From assembly GCA_043228905.1 (NCBI GenBank), contig JBHGNT010000002.1:15128001-15192000 (forward strand): a stretch of 64,000 bases of DNA. Direction: 5' to 3'. Position numbers and translations under genes: made by a program. The stretch is from Azolla caroliniana (Eukaryota; Plantae; Polypodiophyta). Under the pieces are notes generated by a model that was given only the letters and a program-made list of their open reading frames with translations, had not been told where the DNA came from and did not search any database. Shown here piece by piece: positions 26,216-38,650 of this stretch (position 1 is its first letter; the number at the start of each line of letters is the position of its first letter).

Positions 26216-29200
26216 ACGTTCGATGGGACTATAGCCTAGCCAATCGACTAGATAGTAGAGCTTGTTGCGAACAATCTTGGAATCAAGGATGGCGGCAACC
26301 TCGTATTCTAGTCCATCTTCAAGCTCGATCGGGGGTGGAGGTTGTATAATACGCCCTAGGATGGTGCTCTCATGATAGGGTTCGAGGAGAGAACTATGAA
26401 ACAACGGATGTATCCGAAGTTGAGGAGGTAGATCGAGACGAAAAGTGACATCATTAATCTTCCCGATAATACGGAAAGGACCTAATCGCCGATAATCCAA
26501 CTTCTCACATGGGCGAGTAGTCTTGATGTGTTGTCGTAGCAGCCACACCCGATCTCCAATGTTAAAACTAGATGGAAGTCGATGACGATCCGCTTAGACC
26601 TTGTGTGTTTGTTGAGCTTGCTGGAGATGAGTAGATAAATCTACTTGTATCTTGTGTAACTGCTCCAAACAATCCTCCGCGCAAGGATTTGTGGACACCT
26701 CTAGGGTTTCAAGTACACTCCACCGAGGGTGACATCCCGTATAAGCATAAAATGGCGAAACTTTAGTCGATGCGTGGATAGAGTTATTATAGGCAAATTC
26801 GGCGAAGTGGAGAATATCTACCCAGTTATCCTGATGATAGTTGAGAAAGCACCGTAGATATTGCTCTAGCGTTTGATTTGTTCGTTCGGCTTGGCCGTCG
26901 GTTTGTGGGTGGTAGCCGGAGGAGAGGTTACAAGTGACCTTGAGCATTTAAAAAAGGTGCTTCCAGAATTTTGACACGAATTGGGAACCACGGTCGCAGG
27001 CGATACTATCGGGAAGTCGATGACGCCGACATACTTCACGCATGACAATTTTGGCGGTGTCTTCACTGGAGATTTCCTTAGTACATGGCAAGAAATGAGC
27101 CATCTTCGTATATCGATCTACCACTGTTAGAATCGCATTGAACCCCTTAGAGACTGGAAGATCTGTGATGAAGTCGAGAGTAATGAATTGCCATGGCTTG
27201 CTTGGAATTGGTAATGGTTCTAATAAACCATAGGGATGATGCCTTGGCATTTTCGCTCTACAACATGTATCACAAGTCCGAACAAAATCTTCGACAAATT
27301 GTCACATACGGGGCCACCAAAATGATCGTTGTACTAAATCTAATGTTTTAGTACTACCAAAATGCCCAACTGTATATGTGTCATGACAGTTTTGTACTAC
27401 TCGAAGGCGGCAAGAACCATTAGGAACATACAAAAGTTCTTTAAAGAAGAGTAATCCATCATGGTATTTGAATTGCCGATAGTCCGTACCTGGTGGTTGT
27501 GACTATGAACACGACGCTCGAGAGGGATCAATTTGTGCTAGTATAGCTTGGGCAAAAGCATCTATCTTTAGGTCCGCGTGTATGATATTGATAACGTGGG
27601 AATCCATGGGCATGCCAAAAACCTGTGTTGCTTGCAGTTGTGCCGGTCCCAAGATTACTTGCTTTTGGTTATCGAAAGCCGGCTCGCCGGGACACGGTGT
27701 TAGATAGGAACGCCGTGATAATGCATCTGCCTTCCCTTAGTGCTTCCCTGGACGATATGTAATTTTGAAGTCGAAACACGTGAGGAAGTGGGCCCACCGA
27801 GCTTGACGTCGATTTAACACACGAGCATCCTGAAAGTAGGCAAGGTTTTTATGGTCACTGAATACGGTGACTTGATGAGAGGATCCCTCTAAAAAATGCC
27901 TCCATTGCATAAACGAGTCCACTATTGCCAATAGCTCCTTATCATGAATTTCTTAATTGATTTCGGCGGTGTCAAACTTGCGTGAGTGAAAAGCCACAGG
28001 ATGTAGCTTCTCATCATGACCCCGTTGTGACAGAATGCTCCCCAATGCGAAATCTGATGCGTCAGCTTCGATAATGAATGGTAGTTCCGGATCGACATGA
28101 GCTAGAATTGGAGCCGATGTAAATGCCTTTTTAAGACTCTCGAAAGCCATATCTGCTTCTTCAGACCAAACGAACGATTCTCCCTTCCTGGTAAGCTGTG
28201 TGAGAGGCAGAACGAGCTTTGAGTAATCTTGTATAAACTTCCGGTAAAAATTGGCAAAGCCTAAAAAGCATTGCACATCCCGCACCGAGCGCGGAGCCTG
28301 CCATTCTACCACCGTCTTGACCTTAGCTGGGTCCATGGAGATGCCTTCTGATGAAATGACATAGCCGAGAAATTCCAACTGGTTGCACCCGAAACTACAT
28401 TTTTCTAGCTTTGCATAAAGACCATGTTCTCGAAGTCGTTTTAGTACTAACAGTACATGAGAATCATGCTCTTCTTTGGTCTTTGAATAAACCAGTAGAT
28501 CATCCAAGTAGATGATCAGACACGCATCCAAGAGATCTCGGAATATATCATTTGCCATGTGCTGGAAGACGGCTAGCGCATTAGTGAGGCCAAACGGCAT
28601 GACCGTATACTCGAAGTGCCCATATCTAGTGCAGAACGCAGTCTTCCATTCATCTCTTGGTCGGATCCGTACGAGGTTATAGACCCCCCCGTAAGTCAAT
28701 CTTTGTGAAGAACCTGGCACCATTGATCCGTTCTAAAAGATTTGAGATAAGGGGAAGTGCATACCTATTGCGGATTGTAACTTTATTCAAGCCACAGTAA
28801 TCTACCACCAGACGAAGTGAGCCATCCGTTTTCTTGACGAAGAAAATGGGTGCGCCGGCTGGAGATTTCGAATGTCGAATGAATCCATTCTCCAAATTCT
28901 CCTCTATATAGGCTCGAAGGACTTCTAGCTTGGTTGGTGACAAATTGTAGATCGGTCCCCATGGTGGCTCTTTCCCCGGTTGTAAATCGATGGGGCAATC
29001 ATATGGTCGATGGTGAGGAAGTGTATTGGCTCGTACTTTATCAAATACATCAGCATAATGATGATACTTCTTTGGAAGCTGAACGATGGACTCCTCTTTA
29101 ATGGTGTCGGAGGGTTTTAGTGATATTGCGAAGAGAAACATTTCTTCCTTGCGTCCTTCTTCCCGCAACTGATGTAGTGAAATGGTGGCAATCTTCTGAG

Positions 29201-31011
29201 TAGATCTTCGGGTTTGTCGACACTGGATTTCTCTTGTTCTCCAATCTATGTCTGGGTTATGTAACTCGAACCATGGTAATCCCAAAACGATGGGATGTTC
29301 TGGGATACTAATAATGTTAAATGATACTACACATGCTAAGTTATCTAGGACAATATTAACGGGTTCTGACTATTCTATGATATTTCCGGAAGCAATGGGA
29401 CGACCATCAATGACGACTACAGAGGCTAGACACGGAAGTTTTCTAAGAGATATCTGATGAGCTTGGGAAAAATTCCTATCCATAAAGCAAGAATTAGCTC
29501 CGGAGTCTAGAAGTGTTAAGACGTGTACTGGAGGGGTACTTTTAGTACTAATTGTTACTTGGGCTACGAACACATTGCTAACTTGCTTAGAGGTAATGGA
29601 ACCACTAATGGGCTGCACAGATCTAGGGTTGTCCAACCAAACTAGACACGGAAGTTTTCTAAGAGATATCTGATGAGCTTGGGAAAAATTCCTATCCATA
29701 AAGCAAGAATTAGCTCCGGAGTCTAGAAGTGTTAAGACGTGTACTGGAGGGGTACTTTTAGTACTAATTGTTACTTGGGCTACGAACACATTGCTAACTT
29801 GCTTAGAGGTAATGGAACCACTAATGGGCTGCACAGATCTAGGGTTGTCCAACCAAACGGCTCCTATTTTGGCTGGACTTAGTCGTTTAACTCTTCTTCT
29901 AACTAACTAAGGACATCAAATTTGTTCGCTAGATCTAGGCTATTAGTACTATTAGTACTATCAGATATCCCTACTGTAATAGGCTCGGGTTTAGTACAAT
30001 TAGAACTAGCAACTATTTGGTTTACATGTCTTCTTGGACTATGGGGACAATTTATTGCAATGTGTCCTGGTCCACCGCAGTAGAGACATAGTCGATTTGT
30101 TCGGTGACACTGCTTTTCTTCTTCGGATAATGGTCCTCGACGACGTGTAGTGTCAATCTCCATCGGAGTCGGAGTATTCACTGGAGGCGCATTTTATAGT
30201 ACTCCCTGGGTAAAGGTTTTGCTACCATTGAGGCGTAGGTGGGCTCTGATCTTGCCCTCGGTATTTGTAGCTGTCGTTCTGAACGTTGCTCAAAGAGGAG
30301 GTTATCACATCTTACCGTGTGACTGATTGCTTCTGTTAAGGACTTTGGCTCTTCAGGGAAAGTCAAGAGTAAATCCTTGACATCGTTGTGTAAACCATAA
30401 CGAAATTGCTCCATCAACGCTTGATCATCCCAAGGGATGTCAGCGGCGAGTAGATAGAAATCTGCAGCGTATGCAAAGGCTGGACGGTCTCCTTGGCGTA
30501 ATCGCCGGATTTTGTTGATTGCGGTCCTTATGCTTTGAACTCACCTATAAAATCTTTAAAGTTGTTGAGTAATGGAGACTCCTTTTCCAACAATGGAGCG
30601 AACCATGCCAACTCTGAGCCACTTAACAGCGTCCCTACTAAACCCACTCATGATGCATCGGTAGGATATCGGGAAGGATGCATTTGAATAACTAATCGTA
30701 CCTGATTAAGGAACCCTCTAAACTGCGATTGTGTTCCATCGAACTTCGTGGGAAGGCCAATCTTGGGTTCCTTATGAATCCCTTATGTTCCGGGGCCTTG
30801 TTGTTGCATCGCTACGATGGCTGCTTCGAGTTGTTGCACGCGTAATGCAAGTTCCCCATGTTGTTGTTGCGTTTGCTGCTTTTCTAAGGAGATTTGTTGA
30901 AGATCCCCCAACAACCATTGATTTTCTTGTTCCAAAGCAAGGAACTTCTCTTTCAAGCATTGAAACTCCGAGAAAACAGATTGATATTCCTGAGCGCTAA
31001 TTGTGGCCATG
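26216..31011 (-). pseudogene. gag and pro-pol of chromovirus F
   Basis: ORF pieces 30783-31079, 29903-30417, 29370-29852, 28677-29285, 27953-28723, 26171-27250. Confidence 0.92.
29426..29857. repeat. Apparently perfect 216-bp in-frame tandem duplication in the F protease
   Basis: 29426-29641 equals 29642-29857; LDSGANSCF appears twice in ORF 29370-29852. Confidence 0.95.
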
Positions 31012-31081
31012 GGATGAAAAGAAAAGAGAAATAAGAGATTAGTATGAAGGGAGAGAGACAGAAGGGCAAATTGGTTCAAAC

Positions 31082-31531
31082 TGTCAGGAATAGTACTAAA
31101 CAGAGATAGGATTAGTACTAAACAGAGAGAGAATTAGTACTAGAGAAGGGAAGTACTATTAGAACTAAGGGGACAGGACTGCGTAAGACTCCCGAGAGAG
31201 GAAGAGAGAAGAGGAGAGAGAGAGAGAGATAGCGAGGACGAGAGATGATTATAATAGATTATATATTATAAGAAGAGTAAGTACAAAAGGGCTATGAGGC
31301 TAAAGGCTGGCGTTGAACCAATTTGGTTCAACATAATGCCTAGTGCCCTCTTTTATAGTGTTCTCAGGAGTAATCTTGAAGCTTCTAGAATGTTCCAGAG
31401 AAATCTTTAATTTTCTATAATAAAATGTAAATGAAAATAATATCCTACGTATTACAATAGATGATATAATGGTCAAGAGCTCGACCCATATAACCTAAGG
31501 TCATGGGTTCGAGTCTTGCCATATCATGACA
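31082..31531 (-). repeat. 5' LTR of F
   Basis: Direct repeat of 17396-17841; TATA (minus) at 31351-31357. Confidence 0.93.
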
Positions 31532-33492
31532 GTTAGAGATGGCTATGGACGAGTCAATGGCGGATGGCCGTGTCGAGATTTTCTCCACACTTGTTCTAGA
31601 GACTTGGGCAGTTGCATCAAAAAGTAAACGTGAGACCCAAGAGACGGAAGGTGGTGGCGAGGGAGTGAAGGCCGAGGATAACACATGCGAAGGAGATGTC
31701 AAGATGAAGAGGGTAGACGATGATCATGAAGAGACTTTCCCCACAAAAGTTCTTGAAACTTGGGCATTAACCGATGTAAGACCCAAGAGACAGAAGGTGG
31801 CGGCAAAGAAACAAAGGTCAAAGACAATGCGAACAACCATAAGGTGAAAGTGGCTAAGGGTAGCACGACAAAGGCAAATGCCAAACTACAAAATTCCTCC
31901 ACACTCGTTTGAGAGACTTGGGCATTAACCGATGTAAGACCCAAGAGAAGGACGATAGTGGCGAGGAAGCAAGGGTGAAAGCCAATGTGTTGAACAAGGA
32001 AGTAAAGCAAAGCAAAATGATGAAAGTCCATGCGCGCGACAAAGAGGTCAAGCAAAGCAAAATGATGAAAGTCCATGCACGCAACAAAGAGGTCAAGCAA
32101 AGCACGAAGACAAAAGCTAATGTGTGCGACAAAGAGACCAAGCAAACCTCAAAAAGAAAAGATATGGGCCAAGTGAGCCAAGCGGATACGAAAGATGTGA
32201 TCACAAAATTTAACAAGGATAATACTAGTGTAGAAGTCATAGTCAACTTAAAGACGAGAGTATACCACAAAAGTGGACAAAGTGGGAAGCATGCAATGTA
32301 GTTACTTAAGGACCTACAGGAGAGCATGTCGTTAAAGAATGGACCACTAAGAGTACTCAACCATAGTATTTCGATAAGGCTTTTGAAAGACATGCATGGA
32401 ACAAGAAAGAATGATAAGAGAAAATTAGATGGCTGAAATGAAGGTGGCACAAGCATAAGGAGTGAAGCATTATGCTCTAGAGGAGCAAAGAGAGCCATGA
32501 CAAATGGTCATGGAAATGCAAAGACTCAATGAAGAATATGGTGGATCGGATGGCAATGACGATTCGGGTACATCAATAAAAAAGTAAACTAATCAAAAGT
32601 GGAGCCTCACCAAAATTGGCACATATCAGTGGATGTGCAGGTTTGGTGGGGGTGAATGTCGTGTGAATCTTCTCACACTATGTAAAAATAATAATAATAA
32701 AATAAGTACTTTATATTAGCTTAATGGCATGTTATAGATAGATTGATGTTTGAGAAGATAGGGAAAAAAAGAACTATAATTTATCGCACATAGATAGGAA
32801 ACTTAAGGCCCTGGCTATATAAGCACTTTGAGACCCCTCATTTTCATTTGTGCTAAGAGCACTTTGGCCACTTTGTCTTGATGGATGATGGTGGCTAAGT
32901 TCCCAAATTCGGAAACCGGCCGGTAAGCAAAACCAGAACCGGGCTGGTAAGCAAAACCAGAAATCGGCTGGTAAGCAAAACCGGAACCCGACCGGAAAGC
33001 AATCTGGAACCGGCGAAATCGGCAATTGGATGGTGTCGGAAATCGGGTGGATCCAACAACTAGCGACGATCGAGACGAACAGATGATAGGATCATGTGGC
33101 TAATTAAAGTGAAGTGAAGAAAACTAAAGTAAAGGTCGTGTGGACGGTCGCATGCAACTAAAAGAAAAAGCCATGCAACTAAAAATAGATGCAGCTAAAA
33201 GAAAAAGCTATGCAACTAAAAGTAGAGGCCATGCAACAAAAAGTGGAAAGGCTATGATCAATGGAGAAGTCCATATATATTCCATTTTTTTTCTTACACT
33301 TATACTCTCTCCATTATTTTTCTTTTCCTTCTCAGTTCCCTTATCTTATGGAAGCCATAACTCTCATAATCCCTAAATTTCCTTATGGAAGCCATAAACC
33401 CTAAATTTCCTTACGGAAGCCAAAATCCCTAAATTTCCTTACGGAAGCCATAAACCCTACATTTCCTTACGGAAGTCACAAACCCTAATCTT

Positions 33493-34241
33493 TGACAGGA
33501 ACTACACGCTTCGATGAACAACGCTCGGCCACAACCGAGTCTAAAATCAAGCACAGAAAACGGGTAATGAACACACGACACAAAAGTGAGAGAAGAGTGC
33601 ACAGGATGTTTAACGTGGAAAACCCTGAGAGGGAAAAACCACGGGAGTCCACCGACTCCAAACTATCACTATATCACAATGATTACAACAGTGAGTTCAC
33701 GGAGGCAACAACCTCGTGCTCACGATCTTCGCCACAGGCGGCGGTTAAAATAGAGGCAACGACCTCTTCCTCTCTTTCTCTCTCTGTGTACACTGTTACA
33801 CACTCTCTAGTCTTGCACCAACAAGAATGACAACAACAACAACTAAAGTTTGCCCTAAGTCATATTTATACTAATATGACTTTTCGGCTATTTACAAATA
33901 TAGCCCTGATGGACTCTCAAAAACATATTTACGAATATGTCCCTTCATCCAGTGAGCACTCCTCACCAGGCCTGCATCATCTGGCGCTTGCCGGGTGCAC
34001 GTCATCCGGTTCTCACCCGGTCTTCCATTGCTGGGTACCCCACATCCGGTTCTCACCGGGTCTTCACCATCCGGCTCTTGCCGGGTAATCGTCATCTGGT
34101 TCTCACCGGGTCTTCCGTAGTCGGGTCTTCGTCATCCGGCGCTTGCTGGGTACACCACATCCGGTTCTCACCGGGTCTTCCGTAGCCGGGTTTAGGGATT
34201 GTTCTTCTCACTTCCCATCCGGAAGGACCTGGTTCCTAACA
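33493..34241 (-). repeat. Solo LTR of the Copia H family inside the 3' LTR of E
   Basis: Homologous to 46085-46736; TSD atctt/atttt; E LTR sequence resumes on both sides. Confidence 0.9.
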
Positions 34242-37200
34242 ATTTTCCCTATAGAAGCCATATCCCTCAAAACCCCTAATTTTTCTTTTCTATTAATCTT
34301 AGTAAACCTAAAACTTCTAAATCCCAATCTTGGGACATATTATAATTTCTTTTTCCTTTGTTAATGAAAATTATTAAATTTCTTATTTTCGTTAATTGTT
34401 AAAAAATATAAAAGCACGAATCTAATATCTTCTGGTCGGAGGCCCCGGGGTCTTGCCTCAAAGTTCACGTATCCTCGTCGTATTTTCGCGACACCGGCAT
34501 ACCGCGATAGGTTTCTTGGTCGTTAAGGCCCGACCCTCCACCTTGTTTGTCAAATCCAGAGGGACCTGTTTCCTAACTAACTCCCCCTTCACTTCGGCAT
34601 GGGATGTCTTACTAATCCGATCCGCTTCAGGCATGCATCCAGCTTGTCGGGTATCAGTACTTTAGTCAGCATATCTAACCCGTTCTCGGCCGTGTGTATC
34701 TTCGTCAGCGCGAACTCCTGGTCATCTACTCTTTCCCGGATCCAGTGATACCTTTGCTGGATATGCTTCGTCCGGGAATGTTAGGCCGCATTCATAGCAA
34801 GGTGGATGGCACTTTGACTCTCGCAATAGAGCCGGTATTCATCTTGCCGGATACCGAGCTCTCCGATGAAGTCCTTCATCCATAATATTTCCTTGCCGGC
34901 TTCCACAGTCGCCATGTACTCTGCCTTTGTGGTTGACAACGCAACCGTCTTCTGCAGCCTCGACTGCCACGAAACAGCTCCCCCTACATATGTCATTACA
35001 TACCCGGATGTAGACCGGTTGGTATCCACATTAGTCGACATGTCCGAATCGGTAAAACCGTCAAGTTGAGGTTTTCCGGAGCCGAATCGGAGACACATAT
35101 TTGAAGTGCCCTTCAAGTACCGGAGTATCCATTTGACCGCATTTACAGTGCTCCTTGTCGGGATTGCTCATAAACCGGCTCACCACTCCGACTGCGTATC
35201 CAATATCCGGTCGAGTACACACCATTGCGTACATTAAGCTCCTGATAGCAGAGGCATATGGAACCTTCATCATATCAGCCTTCTCTGCTTTTGTCCGCGG
35301 GCTTTGCTTACTAGATAATCTGCAGTTTGCCGGGAGTGTTGATCCAACCGGTTTCGCTTCTAACATGTTGAACCGCTGAAGCACCTTTGTCACGTACTTC
35401 TCCTGTGACAGCCACAATTGCTTCGTTGGACGGTTCCGGATGATATGCATCCCTAGCATCTGTCTTGTCGAACCCAAGTCCTTCATTGCGAAAGTTCGGT
35501 TGACAGTCTTCTTCAGCATCCGTATTCTGGCTTTGTCTCGTTCGACGATCAACATGTCATCCACGTACAGAAGGAGTATCAAGAAGTCGCCTCCTTCGAA
35601 CTTCTTCACAAACATGCAGTGATCGGCTTGCGTCTTGTGGTACCCTTGATCGGTCATGAAGGAGTTGAACTTCCGGTACCATTGTCGGGGAGCCTGCTTT
35701 AGTCCGTACAAGCTCTTCTTCAACCGGCAAACCAGATGGACCTTCCCTTTCTCCACGAATCCTTTCGGTTGCTGCATGTAGATCTCCTCTTCGAGGTCGC
35801 TGTGAAGGAATGCCGTCTTCACGTCCAGCTGCTCTACCTCGAGGTCCATGCTTGCTGCTATACTCAGTACCGTCCGGATGGAGGTCATCTTTACTACCGG
35901 GGCAAATATCTCGTCGAAGTCCACACCCTTCTTTTGTTGGAACCCCTTCACCACAATCCTGGCTTTGTGTCTCGGGGGGTTGCCGGCATCTCCCGGTTTC
36001 AACTTGTACACCTACTTGTTTCGGAGTGCTCGCTTTCCTTTCGGCAACTCCACGAATTCGTACATATGGTTCTCATGCAGGGAATCCATCTCACCCTGCA
36101 TGGCACTTAACCATTTGCGTCTATGGGGGTCACTTTTAGCTTCCTTGAAGCTTTCTGGCTCCCCCTCATCGGTCAGCAGCACATGCTCTGTATCCGGAAA
36201 TCTCCGGGGGGGCCTTCTCTCTCTGAGAGGATATCTCCATCTTTGGGCTTCGGTAACCGTCTCCTCCATTTGCTCTTCATCCGAACCCGATTTGGGATCT
36301 TGGCCGGTTCCGGTTTCAACTTCCTCTACTTCTTCTGCCGGTTCGGTATCCTCACCGTAACCGGCTGGTTCCTCGAGTGCTAACCGGTCTTTTGCCAGTT
36401 GGGTCTGCTCATCGTAAAATCGATCCTTACCGGTCGACTCGGAGTTCATTATCTTCTTCTCCGACTCCCAATCGGCGAGTGTCTTGTCCTTCATGAAGAT
36501 AATATCTCGACTCCGGAATACCTTCTTGTCGACCAGGTCCCACACTTGGTAACCGAACTCATCGTCGCCGTAACCGAGGAATATGCATGGCCGGGTTTTC
36601 GGATCTAGTTTTCCTCTCCGGTCCTTAGCTACATGCACATACGCAAGACACCCGAATACTTTCCGATGCCGGTAGGACACTTCCTTACCGGTCCAGACTC
36701 TCTGTGGCGTGTCTCCGTCCAAGGGTATTGAGGGTGATCTGTTTATCACATATGTCGCCATTGACAGTGCCTCAGCCCAAAACTTCTTGGGTAGTTTTGC
36801 ATGCACCAGCATACTCCGGACCCTCTCCATTATGGTTCGGTTCATCCTCTCGGCCAAACCGTTTTGTTCCGGCGTCTTCGGCATGGTAAATTCGAGCCGG
36901 ATTCCCTTCAAGCGACAGTACTCCTCGAACTGTCCCCGGTATTCTCCTTTGTTATCTGCTCGAACCGCCTTCAGCTTTCGGCCGGTTTCTCTTTCCACTC
37001 TCGCGTGGAGCTCTTTGAAGACGGATAGCACCTGATCCTTCGTCTTCAACGGTGGGGCCCACAGCTTCCGGTTGTGGTCATCTATGAACGTCACAAAGTA
37101 CTGCGATCTTGCATGTGACTTCGTGTCCACTTGACACACATCAGTATGCACCAACTCCAGTGGTGCATTATGTCTCATCGGTGGCCTTGGTCGGAAGGAG

Positions 37201-38099
37201 GTTCGGTTTTTCTTACCGGCCTGACAATCAGTGCACCTCTCCAAGTGCACGTTCTTCACTGGTATGAGGTTGTCATCTGCAAGCCTCTTCATCCCCTTCT
37301 CGCTCATGTGACACAACCTTTTGTGCCACAACTCACCGGCAGTGTCAGATGCCACATTCACTTCCTCCAGACATAACCGGACATTCATCAGGTACAACGT
37401 GTTTACCTTCCGGGCCCGAGCCACAATCAGGCTCCCTTTACTGAACTTCATAACACCGTTCCGGATGCTACCCGTGTAGCTTTCATCATCTAGCCGACCG
37501 GCTGATATCAGGTTCAGATGAACCTCCGGAACGTGTCGGACATCCTTCAGTAGCAGCTTGCATCCGGTTGGTGTTGTCAGCCACATGTCTCCTATGCCGA
37601 CAATTCGGCATGTACCTTCATTCCCCATCCGGACACAGTCGTGATCACCGGCTGAGTAGGATGAGAAGCATTTCCGGTCTGGGGTAAGGTGAAACGACGC
37701 TCCGGAGTGGACCACCCAGGTCATCCTTTCGCCGGCAAGATTTATCTCACTCTCCTCGGTGATGAGCATCAACTCTTCTTCACTTGCCGCGATTGTCGTC
37801 ATTCCCTTCCGGTCCGTTCCCCTCCGATCTTTACCATTCCGGTCCGGTGTCTGCTTCGAATCGGTATCGTCGGTTTCCTTGTCTTTTCGGAAATGCCGAC
37901 AGTTCTTTTGGAAGTGTCCCGGCTTGCCGCAATAGAAGCAAGTAGGCCTCCCCCTTGACTTTGACCATGTCCCCGACTTCTCCCGGTTCTGGGGACTACG
38001 GTTCCTTTATCTTCCGCGTTCCGATTAGGTAAGGAGCGCTTTGGAGTCGGAGCTCGTATCCTTATCTTTCCGACGCGCCTCCTCATCTAGCAAGCTCGA

Positions 38100-38490
38100 T
38101 GTAGAAAGTAGCGTGCGGAAGCAAGTATGAAGACCAAACAGAAGGGAGGAAACTTAGGTTTAATGGAGAGCTTGAGCTTACACGGTGTACGCAGGAGAGA
38201 CAGAGAGAGAGAGACACACAAAAAACTATATTCAACAATAATACTCAATCTGTACATAAGACGTGCTTCAGTGAACACTTTTATACAAGTCCTAGAAGGA
38301 CTGACCAAAGTACTGACAGTACTTCAATGCTCATCAAGAGCTCCTACACTAACTCCCAAATATATTCCTCACGGAATATCTTTCCTAACGGCCTCCCAGT
38401 TTACGCACTCGGCCTAACCGATCGGTCCCAACCGATCCGGTTCTCGGCTTCTTCAGCCGATCCAGCCGATGTTGAGCTTGTCTCTCAACA
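38100..38490 (-). repeat. Solo LTR I (Copia A-related) in the gag of H
   Basis: TGTAG..CAACA termini; perfect TSD ctcga at 38095-38099 and 38491-38495; shares blocks with 5036-5452. Confidence 0.92.
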
Positions 38491-38650
38491 CTCGACTTCA
38501 CCCTTGCTAGGGATAACCGTTTCCCTTCCGGCCCGGCGTTGCCCAAAGTGACAACCAACGTCTCCCAACTATTTGGGAGGGAACCGAGCAGGAGTAGCGC
38601 TAGTACCTCATCGGCGAGAGTTACTTCCAATGATGTTGCCTGGTGGATCA

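Larger units (their letters stand above)
17396..31531 (-). mobile_element. Chromovirus F (Tcn1-like Ty3/Gypsy) with group I chromodomain, interrupted by G
   Basis: LTRs 17396-17841 and 31082-31531; TSD gtcag/gttag; PPT ctatcccccc from 17842; gag knuckle CLYCGGPGHIAINC, PR LLDSGA, RT YLDD, RH, INT (GPF), chromodomain split by G. Confidence 0.93.
15481..34493 (+). mobile_element. Non-autonomous Gypsy element E (tRNA-Trp PBS family), hosting F, G and an H solo LTR
   Basis: 5' LTR 15481-16528; PBS 16533-16554; internal 16555-17395 plus 31532-32656 with decayed gag and no pol; PPT ggtttggtgggggtgaa 32640-32656; 3' LTR 32657-34493; CCGG on both flanks. Confidence 0.88.
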
